61,742 nt of DNA from Actinomycetota bacterium (GTDB taxonomy: Bacteria > Actinomycetota > Actinomycetes > Jiangellales > Jiangellaceae), in assembly GCA_046727475.1 (NCBI GenBank), contig JBKPCP010000047.1, positions 1-61,742 of the forward strand. The letters are read 5' to 3'. Every line of letters begins with the position of its first letter. The stretch's first letter is position 1. The notes beneath the pieces are model-generated. The model saw only the letters and a list, made by a program, of their open reading frames with translations. It searched no databases and had not been told where the DNA came from. Shown piece by piece: positions 38,978 to 47,882 of the stretch. A program made the translations under genes and the position numbers.

Positions 38978-41362
38978 CTACGCCGCGTCGACCGGAGCTA
39001 CCCCGCTGATCCGGTGTACCGCGAACGAGCGGACCTCACCGGAGCGGTGGTCGAACGCGGCGAGCCAGCCGCCCTCGAGGCGGACCGGGTCGACGACCCG
39101 TTCGCTGGTGGCGCCGTGGTGGTCGACGTAGCCGATCCAAACCGTGACGCCATCCGCCAGTGCGCGCCGAAGGTCGGCCAGCGTCTGGGCGGACACGCTG
39201 CGACCCAGCCGGCTCGGCGACGCGTCCGCGGGACGTCCAGCTGCGCTGCGGTCGCCGGCTCGAAGCGCCCGGACGGCGGCGGTCAGCGTGGCCTCGGTGG
39301 GCGGCGGCCGCTCGGCCAAGAGCGGCTCCGGTACCGGCCGGGTGGGAGCTCGCCGGGCCTGCGCACGTGCGACGACCAGCGTGCCGTCGGCGGCCTCGGG
39401 TGTCGGCGTGAAGCCCAGCTGCCGCAACCGTTCCAGCAGCGTGGCGGCCTCGAGATTTGTGGCGAGCACGGTGGGTGCGAGCCGTCGTAGGCCGAGCGCA
39501 CCCGCAACGGGGTCCGCCAGGATCTGCGCGAGCAGCGCCTCGTCGTCACACCGCACGAATGCCGCCGCGCCACCGACCCGGAGCAGGCCGTGCTGCCGTG
39601 CGACGTCGTCGACCAGGTATGTCAGCGGCTGCGGGACCGGCGTTCGCGATACGCGGGCAAGGAAGTCGTGGATCTCCGCCGCCGTACGTCCGGCGTCGAG
39701 GGCGCGGCGGATGGAAGCCGTCGTGAACCGCTGGACCGTGGCACCGCCGCGGCTCTCGACGTCGGAGAGCTGCGCCAGTTCCCGGGCCAGGTCCGGCCGG
39801 AGTCGGCCCGGGGCGACCGCGGTGAGGTCAGCCTGGATCAGGACATGGTCGAGCGGCTCGGGAAGGACGGCGTCGAGCGCGGCCGCCGCCGCCTTCGTCG
39901 CCGCCTCGGCGGACCGGCCGTCGAGAAGGGGCCGTACGTATGCCGCCAATGCGCCCAGCCCGGTCACCCCCAACTGCTCGGCCTCTCGCAGTGTCCAACG
40001 GACCAGGTCGTCGCGCAGGCGCCCCCCGCGCCGCGGCCGCGCCCAGCGCACGGCGTCGCGCACGCCCTCCGGCTCCGGGGCCTCGCCGGGATCGAGGCCT
40101 GCGAGCACGTCGAGCACGAGGCGCCGGACCTCGGGCGCCAGCGGACGGTCGAGGTCGCGGCCCAGCGGTGGGACCGGACGGTCTCGCTCGTCCCGCGTCC
40201 CGACCAGTCCGGCCGTGCGGCTCGTGGTCAGCCAGGTGCTGGCGAGGCTCACCCACTGCCGTGCCCCGTCCAGACGCCGCCACGCGTCTGAGGCCGGAGT
40301 CGGCAGCCACACCGCGTCGAGGTCGGTGCTGGCAGCGACCAGGCCGGCGGCGTACGCGAGGTCCGTGAGCATCGCGGCACCTGCCTCGTCGAGGTCGAGG
40401 AGATCCGGCAGCCGGCGCAGGTCGCGGACGCCCAGGCCGCCAGTCCGCAGGACGGATGGCGGGCTCTCCTGCCAGGCGTCGAGGAGCGTCTCGACCCGGC
40501 GGACGGTCTCGACCGCGCCGGCACCGGCCGTACGGTCGACGGTTGTCGGATCTCGCCGGGTTGTCGGCGGCGTCGGCGGGTCGGCGCAGACGTCCGGATG
40601 GATGACGCCGTCGCGCAGGTGCAGCCCGATCTCGCGGGGGAGGACGACCGTGTCGTCGTCGACGGGGACGAGCAGCCCGCGGGCAAGCAGCTGGTCGACG
40701 GGCGTTCGTGCGCTGGACCTGTCGACCTGGCGACGGGCGTCGCCGACCCGTCCGGTCGGTGGGCCGGCCGACAGGGTGCGCAGGGCCGCCGCCGCCTCGG
40801 CACCGACATCGTCGAGCAGGGTCTCGACTCGTGCATCGATGGCGGCTGCGATCGCCTCGGCGTCCGCGGTCGGGTCGCCCTTCGGGCCGAGCCCGAGGTC
40901 GGCGGCGATCTGGGCGAGCCTGGCCGGTGGGTACGCCATCAGGGCCTGGTCTGCGGGCGGGCCAAGACCCGCGGGATAAGGGCCGACCGCCTCGTGTGCG
41001 ACCCGGACGAGCCGCAGGGCGGGACGGCTTCCCCAGACCAGAGCCATGCTGTGCAGCCGGCCGAGCGCGTCGGTGACGTCCCGCATGCCGGTACCTAGCA
41101 GTACGCGGACGGCTTCCGGCGACGTCGGCTCGGGCAGGACGGCGAGTGCGTCCACCACCTGGAGCGTGAAGCGGTCCAACCGGTCAAGCGCGCGGACGAC
41201 CGACGCCCTGGTCGTCGCGCGCGAGGCCAGTTGGGCGATGTCGACGGGGATCGGGGTGACGAGGTCTGGACGGATCCGCAACAGGTCGATCAGCTCGGCG
41301 TCCGATCGCGCCCGGAGGTCGTCGGCCAGGCTGCGCGGCCCTGGCGTCCCGGTTGTGCCCAT
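38978..41362 (-). CDS. Helicase-associated large protein (XPB partner, Rv0862c-like as I recall)
   Basis: 794 aa. N-terminal LRARSDAELIDLLRIRPDL.. I recall it being typical of the actinobacterial protein encoded next to XPB. Confidence 0.6.
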   Translation of the reverse strand: MGTTGTPGPRSLADDLRARSDAELIDLLRIRPDLVTPIPVDIAQLASRATTRASVVRALDRLDRFTLQVVDALAVLPEPTSPEAVRVLLGTGMRDVTDALGRLHSMALVWGSRPALRLVRVAHEAVGPYPAGLGPPADQALMAYPPARLAQIAADLGLGPKGDPTADAEAIAAAIDARVETLLDDVGAEAAAALRTLSAGPPTGRVGDARRQVDRSSARTPVDQLLARGLLVPVDDDTVVLPREIGLHLRDGVIHPDVCADPPTPPTTRRDPTTVDRTAGAGAVETVRRVETLLDAWQESPPSVLRTGGLGVRDLRRLPDLLDLDEAGAAMLTDLAYAAGLVAASTDLDAVWLPTPASDAWRRLDGARQWVSLASTWLTTSRTAGLVGTRDERDRPVPPLGRDLDRPLAPEVRRLVLDVLAGLDPGEAPEPEGVRDAVRWARPRRGGRLRDDLVRWTLREAEQLGVTGLGALAAYVRPLLDGRSAEAATKAAAAALDAVLPEPLDHVLIQADLTAVAPGRLRPDLARELAQLSDVESRGGATVQRFTTASIRRALDAGRTAAEIHDFLARVSRTPVPQPLTYLVDDVARQHGLLRVGGAAAFVRCDDEALLAQILADPVAGALGLRRLAPTVLATNLEAATLLERLRQLGFTPTPEAADGTLVVARAQARRAPTRPVPEPLLAERPPPTEATLTAAVRALRAGDRSAAGRPADASPSRLGRSVSAQTLADLRRALADGVTVWIGYVDHHGATSERVVDPVRLEGGWLAAFDHRSGEVRSFAVHRISGVAPVDAA

Positions 41363-41407
41363 CCGTACTACGGTACGGGCCGTGCTGGGACCGTGCGATG
41401 TCCGGCA

Positions 41408-41578
41408 TCACGGGGCTCCGAGCAGGTGGATCGTCTGCCGGATCTGGTCGAGGAAACCCTCGCAGCCTCCGCAGGTGGAGATGTGCTCGACGAACCGGCG
41501 CTCGGCACCGGCATCAAGTGCGTCTTCGAGGAAGGAGGTGACGAGCTCGACGAACTCGGAACAGGTCAGCGCCGTCAT
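41408..41578 (-). CDS. Small soluble ZAS-type (zf-HC2) anti-sigma-like protein, 56 aa
   Basis: C6..H32-x3-C36-x2-C39 (HISTCGGC). Paralog of 42931..43167. ATGA overlap with the upstream MFS gene. Confidence 0.65.
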   Translation of the reverse strand: MTALTCSEFVELVTSFLEDALDAGAERRFVEHISTCGGCEGFLDQIRQTIHLLGAP

Positions 41579-42867
41579 GCCGCAAGCTCCATGCGCGCCG
41601 CTTCGACCGGGGCAGCAGGTGCATTCTCGACGCCCGCAGCGCCGCGGCCGTGAGCGAGCGCCTCCCTGGCCAGCAACGCAGCCGTCAACACCGTGACCCC
41701 GACGATCATCCAGCCGGCCGAGTGCACGCCGAAGGTGTCGCTCAGCAGACCGAAAGCCAGGGCGAACGGCAGGAACGTCATCCAGGAGATGGCACCCACT
41801 CCCGAGGCCACGCCGGCGCGAATCGTCGACGGCACGGCATCGTGCAAGAGGCGGGTGACGTGGATGCTTGCGACCACCATCAGCAGCAGCAGGACGACCT
41901 GCGCGACCGTCACGACGACAACATCTGTGCTGGTGGTCAGCAGGAGGCCGGCCCCGACCGTCAGACCTGCGATACCACCCACCGTCGCTGGTCGGTCGAG
42001 CCGCAGCTTTCCGGCGAGCAGACCACCGAGGCCGAGGGTGGACATCAAACCGGCCCAGTGCGGTCCGTACAGGACGGTCGACGCGGCAAGTGCGACGAGC
42101 CACAACGGCCCGAACTCGAACATCACCGTCATGATCAGCGACGTGAGCACGGCCAGGGCGACGATCGGCCGCAGCTGGTCACGCCGGGCGATAGTCCGGT
42201 AGGTGACGTCGAGATGCCCACGGAGCGAGATCGGCTCTGCGGCCTTGTGCAGCTGGGGCTCACGGAATTTCAGGAATGCGACGATGGACAGCGCAGTGAG
42301 CGGAACGGTCACGAAGTAGGTCAGCCGCGCTGAGGTGAGGCCGGCCAACAACCCGCCAGCCAGGCCGCTCCCGACCAGCGCGACGCTCTCGATCATCCGG
42401 AGCCTGCCGATCCGGCCTTCGAACTCGTCGCTGCCACCGCTCTCCTCGAGCACGGTGTCGTAGACGACCGCCTCCATGGTTCCCGACCGCATCGCGAAGA
42501 AGACACCGAGGAAGAAGGCGCTCGCGAAGTACATGGGAACGCTGGTGCTGATCCCTCCGATCGCCACCGAGAGCGAGGCCGCGATGCTCGAGACGATCAG
42601 GACGCCTCGTCGGCTCCACCTGTCGGCGAGGATCCCGGACGGGATCTCGATGATCGGTGGAACGGCCGCGTAGACGGCGGCCATGATGCCGACCGACGCT
42701 GCGTCGAAACCGATCTCGTTCATGAAGAGCTTCTCGACGGGCACCCAGAGCGCCGTGCCGAGCAGCAGTGTCGCGACGTGCAGCGGCAGTAGTCGCCTCT
42801 GCAGCGATGTCCTCGGGTGCTTCCGCGGCAGCCTGACGGCCAGGCGCGGGATGCGTCGAAGGGTCAT
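41575..42867 (-). CDS. MFS transporter
   Basis: 430 aa, about 12 TMS, ILADRWSRRG motif. Confidence 0.8.
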   Translation of the reverse strand: MTLRRIPRLAVRLPRKHPRTSLQRRLLPLHVATLLLGTALWVPVEKLFMNEIGFDAASVGIMAAVYAAVPPIIEIPSGILADRWSRRGVLIVSSIAASLSVAIGGISTSVPMYFASAFFLGVFFAMRSGTMEAVVYDTVLEESGGSDEFEGRIGRLRMIESVALVGSGLAGGLLAGLTSARLTYFVTVPLTALSIVAFLKFREPQLHKAAEPISLRGHLDVTYRTIARRDQLRPIVALAVLTSLIMTVMFEFGPLWLVALAASTVLYGPHWAGLMSTLGLGGLLAGKLRLDRPATVGGIAGLTVGAGLLLTTSTDVVVVTVAQVVLLLLMVVASIHVTRLLHDAVPSTIRAGVASGVGAISWMTFLPFALAFGLLSDTFGVHSAGWMIVGVTVLTAALLAREALAHGRGAAGVENAPAAPVEAARMELAA

Positions 42868-42930
42868 GGCGGTGCAGTGTCACCGCCGGCGCCAAGCGTT
42901 ACAGATTGCCCGTCGACGAGACCCGCTCGG

Positions 42931-43167
42931 TCAGCTGGGCCGGTCGCGGAACGCGCTCAGCAGTGCCTCCCGGGCCGCCGCGGGCAGGCCCTCCCCGGGC
43001 AGGTCGCCCAGCGTGCCGATGGTCTGCCGGAACTGGTCGAAGTAGCGTTCGCAGCCGTCGCAGAGGGCGAGATGATCGACGAAACGACGCTCGGACTCGG
43101 CATCGAGCTCTCCGTCGAGGTAGGCCGTGACCAGCTCGACGAACTCGTTGCAGTTCAGGTCTCTCAC
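42931..43167 (-). CDS. ZAS-type (zf-HC2) anti-sigma factor, soluble, 78 aa
   Basis: C6..H32-x3-C36-x2-C39 (HLALCDGC). GTGA overlap with the sigma gene. Confidence 0.75.
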   Translation of the reverse strand: MRDLNCNEFVELVTAYLDGELDAESERRFVDHLALCDGCERYFDQFRQTIGTLGDLPGEGLPAAAREALLSAFRDRPS

Positions 43168-43844
43168 GATGTCACCGCCTCGCCGCCGACTCCGCGCGCT
43201 GACTCCACCGTCGCGAAGTACTCCTCCAGTCTGCTCCGGACGAACGCTCGAGCTCGGTGCAGGAGCACGCGCTGGTTGGCCGCCGTGATGTCCAGTATCG
43301 AGCACACTTCGTCCGAGCCGTATCCCTCGACGTCGCGCAGGGTGATCACCACGCGCTGGCGGTCGGGCAGTTCCGCGAGCGCCCGGGCCACCTGCGCACG
43401 GACTTCGTCCGCCAGCGTCTCCTGCTCCGGAGACGCTGGCCACGGCGCCGGGAACTCCCGCCAGTGCCCGGCAAACGGGTCACCCGGGCCGCAGAAACGA
43501 GTCGGGTCGACGGTCGGGCCTTCGTCATCGGTGGTGAGGCTGCTCCACGGAACGGTGCGGCCTTCGCGCGCGCCACGGCGCTTGGCCGTGTTGACGAGGA
43601 TCCGGTACACCCAGGTCCGCAGCGACGACCGGCCCTCGAATCTCCCGATCCCCTGCAGGACGGCGAGCCACGACTCCTGCACGACCTCCGCCGCGGAGTC
43701 GGTGGTCGACACGAAGGACCGGGCAAGCCGCTGCATGCCGGTCGACCAGGCGTCCAGCACCAGGGCAAACGCGGCCTCGTCCCTTGCCCGCAGACGGGCC
43801 ACCAGGACCTCGTCGGACGGGAACGATCGGGCCTCGACGTCCAC
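43164..43844 (-). CDS. ECF-subfamily RNA polymerase sigma-70 factor
   Basis: Region 2 (AAEVVQESWLAVL..FEGRSSLRTWVYRILVN) and region 4 (LPDRQRVVITLRDVEGYGSDEVCSIL). Confidence 0.9.
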   Translation of the reverse strand: MDVEARSFPSDEVLVARLRARDEAAFALVLDAWSTGMQRLARSFVSTTDSAAEVVQESWLAVLQGIGRFEGRSSLRTWVYRILVNTAKRRGAREGRTVPWSSLTTDDEGPTVDPTRFCGPGDPFAGHWREFPAPWPASPEQETLADEVRAQVARALAELPDRQRVVITLRDVEGYGSDEVCSILDITAANQRVLLHRARAFVRSRLEEYFATVESARGVGGEAVTS

Positions 43845-44086
43845 GCGGCAAGCGTAGGACCTCAGTGGGTCACAGTTCGCGAAGGCGGTCGAGCAGCTCG
43901 GCTCGGCGTTCGGCCGCCTCCTGCAACGCCTCTTCGTCGGCGGCGCGAAGCTCGGCGGTGACCTCCGGGTCGGCGGGCATCTCGTCAGGTTTGCGTCGTT
44001 CGACCGTCACGGGCGGGCACGTTACCCGGTCCTCCCGGCACGAAACAGGGCCTCGGGCGGGAAGCGGGGTGCGGTATTACTACTCC

Positions 44087-44932
44087 ATGCCTGCGATGCG
44101 CTTCGGCCTCAAGCTCAGCCAGCGGGCCACCATCGACGAGCTCCGCGAGGTATGGCGGATCGCCGACGACGAGGGCTTCGACCACTGCTGGATCATGGAC
44201 CATTTCGCCACCCTGGGAGGCGACCCCACCGGTGACATCTTCGAGGCCTGGACACTGCTCGCGGCCATGGCCGAGGCGACGTCCCGCACCCGGATCGGAT
44301 GCATGGTCACCGGGAACACGTACCGGCACCCGGGCGTGCTCGCGAAGACTGCCGTGACCGTGGACCACCTTTCCGGTGGCCGGCTGGAGTTCGGCATCGG
44401 CGCGGGCTGGGCCGAGAACGAGCACACGATGTTCGACCTCGAGTTCGGCACCGTCGGGGACCGGATGGACCGGCTCGAAGAGGCGTGCCAGATCATCCGG
44501 TCGCTGTGGACCGAGAAGCGGACCACGTTCGAGGGCCGCCATTACCGCATCGTCGACGCCATCGCCGAGCCCAAGCCGGCCCAGCGACCGTACCCGCCGA
44601 TCTGGATCGGCGGCAGCGGCCGCAGGCGGACACTGCGGATAGTGGCGCAGTACGCCGACGCCTGGAACGCGGCAGGGGGCACGCCGGACGAGGTGGCCGA
44701 CCTCTCCGCCGTACTCGACCGGCACTGTGCCGACGTCGGCCGCGACCCGGCACAGATCCGCCGGACGGTGCAGATCCGGCTACCCGACAAGGCCGAGGAC
44801 GCGCTCCCGCTGATCGACGACTACGCCCGCGTCGGCGTCTCCGAGGTGGTCGTGATCGTGATGGGTGGTCAGGCCGTGCAGAAGGCCGAGCAAGCCGCGG
44901 CACTCCTCCCACGTCTGCGTGGCATCGGCTGA
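44087..44932 (+). CDS. LLM-class F420-dependent oxidoreductase
   Basis: MRFGLKLSQ..FDHCWIMDH..GRLEFGIGAGW pattern. Start moved from 43784. Confidence 0.85.
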   Translation: MPAMRFGLKLSQRATIDELREVWRIADDEGFDHCWIMDHFATLGGDPTGDIFEAWTLLAAMAEATSRTRIGCMVTGNTYRHPGVLAKTAVTVDHLSGGRLEFGIGAGWAENEHTMFDLEFGTVGDRMDRLEEACQIIRSLWTEKRTTFEGRHYRIVDAIAEPKPAQRPYPPIWIGGSGRRRTLRIVAQYADAWNAAGGTPDEVADLSAVLDRHCADVGRDPAQIRRTVQIRLPDKAEDALPLIDDYARVGVSEVVVIVMGGQAVQKAEQAAALLPRLRGIG

Positions 44933-45044
44933 CCGGTCGGCCCTCAGGTACAAGCGTGACCGGCACCGGCGGTTTGATGGTGATCACGACGGGTACACCA
45001 CGGCGGAGCGCATCACCCCGGTGCGCCGGACGCAGGAGGCAACG

Positions 45045-45659
45045 ATGCCCACCTGGGCGTGGATCCTTGTGGTGGCAGCGATCATCGTAGTCGGGGTCGT
45101 CGCCGTCGTACTGATGCAGCAACGGCAACGAGCCGGTCTGCAGGAACGCTTCGGGCCGGAGTACGACCGGGTCGTCGAAGAGCGTGAGGACCGGCGGCAA
45201 GCCGAACGCGAGCTCGCGGAGCGGGCGGAGCGCCGCGACAAGCTGGACATCCGGCCGCTGACCTCCGAGCAGCGAGGCGAGTACGCCGCGCGCTGGGAGT
45301 CGGTACAAGCGGCGTTCGTCGATCGGCCGCGCGAGGCGGTCGTGCTCGCGGACGATCTGATCGTGGAGGTCATGGACCGCCGCGGCTACCCCGTCGAGAA
45401 CTTCGACGACCGGGCAAGTCTGGTGTCGGCTGACCATCCCGAAGTCGTGGACCATTACCGATCCGCGCACGCGGTGTCGGCGCAGGGCGAAGACGCGTCG
45501 ACCGAGGACCTCCGCCAGGCATTCGTGCACTACCGCGCCTTGTTCGACGCGATGCTGACCGATGGCGAGCCGGAGCCACGCACCGATCGTGCGGACGACG
45601 AGCTGCTGGACGGTCGGCCTGCCGTCGAGAACCGCGACGAGCAGGGACGGAGGCTCTGA
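45045..45659 (+). CDS. Membrane-anchored hypothetical protein
   Basis: SD AGGAGG. N-terminal TM WAWILVVAAIIVVGVVAVVL. Shares a domain with the next gene. Confidence 0.55.
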   Translation: MPTWAWILVVAAIIVVGVVAVVLMQQRQRAGLQERFGPEYDRVVEEREDRRQAERELAERAERRDKLDIRPLTSEQRGEYAARWESVQAAFVDRPREAVVLADDLIVEVMDRRGYPVENFDDRASLVSADHPEVVDHYRSAHAVSAQGEDASTEDLRQAFVHYRALFDAMLTDGEPEPRTDRADDELLDGRPAVENRDEQGRRL

Positions 45660-45660
45660 C

Positions 45661-46005
45661 ATGACCGAGCAGCCACGCGACCTGCGTGACGACGGGGAGC
45701 TGATGCCCGACGACGCTCGCTCCGCCGCGGATGACCTCGGCCCAGACAGGGACGCCCTTCTCGGCGACGATGCCGACTTCGTCCGGCGGTGGGATCAGGC
45801 GCAGGCCACGTTCGTCGACGACCCGCGCCAGGCGGTGAGCGATGCCGCGGCGCTGGTGGAGGACGTACTGGCCCGCCTGTCCGACACCTTCTCGGCCGAG
45901 CGGGAACGCGCTGAGGCCAACGCACAGGACGGCGAGGAGACGGAGAGCCTGCGGCTCGCGATGCAGCAGTATCGCGAGTTCTTCCGACGGCTGCTTGCCG
46001 CCTGA
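45661..46005 (+). CDS. Hypothetical protein (paralogous domain to 45045..45659)
   Basis: RWDQAQATFVDDPRQAV.. aligns with RWESVQAAFVDRPREAV.., and QQYREFFRRLL with VHYRALFDAML. Confidence 0.5.
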   Translation: MTEQPRDLRDDGELMPDDARSAADDLGPDRDALLGDDADFVRRWDQAQATFVDDPRQAVSDAAALVEDVLARLSDTFSAERERAEANAQDGEETESLRLAMQQYREFFRRLLAA

Positions 46006-46069
46006 CGAGTTCGCGTACCGACGGGGTGCCCACCCGACCGGCCGCATGTCCCCACGTAGGGTGACGGAC

Positions 46070-47503
46070 ATGCGGCCGGTCGTCGGGTTCGACCTCGATC
46101 TCACCCTCGTCGACTCCGCTGACGGTATCGTCGCCACCTTCGTCGAGATGGCTCGTCAGCTCGAGACCTACGTCGACCCCCAGGCCGTTCGGGCGCTGAT
46201 CGGCGTACCACTGGAGGCCACCTGCGAGGTGCTGCTGCCGTCGCACCTGGTGGCCGACGGCGTGCGGACCTATCGGGAGCTCTACCCGACGATCGGGGTG
46301 CCCGGCACCACGCTGCTTCCCGGGGCAGCCGAGGCCGTGAGTGCCGTGAACCGCCACGGCGGGCGGGCTGTCGTCGTCAGTGCCAAGATCGAGCCGGCGG
46401 TTCTGGCCGTACTCGATCACGTCGGACTCGAGGTCGACGACGCCGTCGGAGGCCTCTTCGCCGAGGCCAAGGGCCGTGCACTTCGAGAGCATGGCGCCAG
46501 CGCCCACGTGGGCGACCATCCGGCCGACATGATCGGTGCCTGCGCGGCTGGCGCGGTCGCGGTCGGTGTCACAACGGGTTCACACGACGCTGCCGCGCTG
46601 CGGGGCGCAGGCGCAGATGTCGTCCTCACCGACCTGCGGGACTTCCCGCAGTGGCTGGACGAGCACGTCCTGGATGCACGGCTCGCGGCCCTGGAGGCCG
46701 ACCTGCGAACGCTCGGATCCGTCGTCGTCGCGTTCTCCGGGGGGGCCGACTCGGCCTTCCTGCTCGCGGCCGCCGTACGCACGCTCGGTCCGGACCGGGT
46801 GCTCGCGGCGACCGCCGTGTCGCCATCGCTTCCGCGGCGCGAGCTGCTCGCGGCCCGGGAGTTCGCCAGCTGGCTCGGCGTCCGTCACGTGAGCCCGCGT
46901 ACCGACGAGATGGCGCGCCCGGGCTACCGGGCGAATGACGGCGACCGCTGCTACTTCTGCAAAGCGGAGTTGCTGGACGTCCTCGCGCCGCTGGCTCTGC
47001 GAGAGGGGTTCACCCACGTCGCGACCGGAACCAACGCCGACGATGCGGTCGGCGGCTTCCGGCCGGGCATCCGCGCTGCTGCCGAGCGCGGTGCCGCGAC
47101 TCCGCTGAAGGACGCGGGCTTGACGAAGGCGCAGGTCCGCGTGGCGTCCCGCCGTTGGGGGCTCTCGACCTGGGACAAGCCGGCGGCGGCCTGCCTCTCC
47201 AGCCGGGTCGCGTACGGCGTGCAGGTCACCCCCGCCCGGCTGGCCCGGGTGGACCGCGCCGAGACGGCCTTGCGGGCGGCTCTCGCCTCGGCGGGAGTGC
47301 GAGCGCTGAACGTGCGGGTCCGCGACCTGGGTGACGTCGCGCGGATCGAGGTGGACCACGACCTGGCGTCGCGCGTCGCATCCCTTCCCGAGGCGACGGC
47401 AGCCGTACGAGCCGTCGGATTCGACGACGTCCACGTCGACCCTGCCGGGTTCCGGTCCGGCTCGATGAACGAGCTCCTCCCCGACCCGATGCGCTGGCGC
47501 TGA
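46070..47503 (+). CDS. HAD-hydrolase / LarE-type ATP-dependent sulfur transferase fusion
   Basis: N-terminal part: GFDLDLTLVDS (HAD motif I). C-terminal part, from about 46670: PP-loop AFSGGADS, RCYFCK and AACLSSR, which are LarE signatures. Confidence 0.8.
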   Translation: MRPVVGFDLDLTLVDSADGIVATFVEMARQLETYVDPQAVRALIGVPLEATCEVLLPSHLVADGVRTYRELYPTIGVPGTTLLPGAAEAVSAVNRHGGRAVVVSAKIEPAVLAVLDHVGLEVDDAVGGLFAEAKGRALREHGASAHVGDHPADMIGACAAGAVAVGVTTGSHDAAALRGAGADVVLTDLRDFPQWLDEHVLDARLAALEADLRTLGSVVVAFSGGADSAFLLAAAVRTLGPDRVLAATAVSPSLPRRELLAAREFASWLGVRHVSPRTDEMARPGYRANDGDRCYFCKAELLDVLAPLALREGFTHVATGTNADDAVGGFRPGIRAAAERGAATPLKDAGLTKAQVRVASRRWGLSTWDKPAAACLSSRVAYGVQVTPARLARVDRAETALRAALASAGVRALNVRVRDLGDVARIEVDHDLASRVASLPEATAAVRAVGFDDVHVDPAGFRSGSMNELLPDPMRWR

Positions 47504-47516
47504 GCGAGGGCGGGCC

Positions 47517-47882
47517 TCAGCGGACCAGCCGGTCGAGCAGGCGCGCGAGCTCGGCCTGGGGTGAGTCGGTGAGGCCTGCGTGCACCGGGCCCGGCTGGAC
47601 GACAGTGCTGCGCGGCGCGGTCAGCCACCGGAACCGCTCGCCCCTGCTGCCGCCGCCGGCCGGCCCTTCGCCGGAGCATGCGGCCCGTATCGCGTCGACG
47701 GCGGCCCAGACGCCGTCCACGTCCACCTCGGGATCGAGCGCCCGCAGACGGGCAGCGTCGACAGCGGCCGCGGCGGCGAGGTAGTCGAGTGCCTGGCAGT
47801 AGACGATGACGCCTACGTTGACGGTCTCGCCCCGTTCGATCCGCGGGACCGCGCGCAGGATGGCGTACTCGAAGGGCTTCAC
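47517..47882 (-). CDS. DUF3037 domain protein
   Basis: FEYAILRAVPRIERGETVNVGVIVYC is the DUF3037 N-terminal pattern. Its GTG start overlaps the upstream TGA (GTGA). Confidence 0.75.
   Translation of the reverse strand: MKPFEYAILRAVPRIERGETVNVGVIVYCQALDYLAAAAAVDAARLRALDPEVDVDGVWAAVDAIRAACSGEGPAGGGSRGERFRWLTAPRSTVVQPGPVHAGLTDSPQAELARLLDRLVR

Noticed and set aside
45842-47503. 553-aa version of the HAD-LarE gene, and similar over-extended track ORFs (606, 9184, 16754..17869, 23480..25618, 28952, 31701, 33474, 43784, 53947, 56419..58149).
   Set aside because: The upstream extensions overlap neighbouring genes or are low-complexity. Internal starts with an SD and family-typical N-termini were chosen instead.
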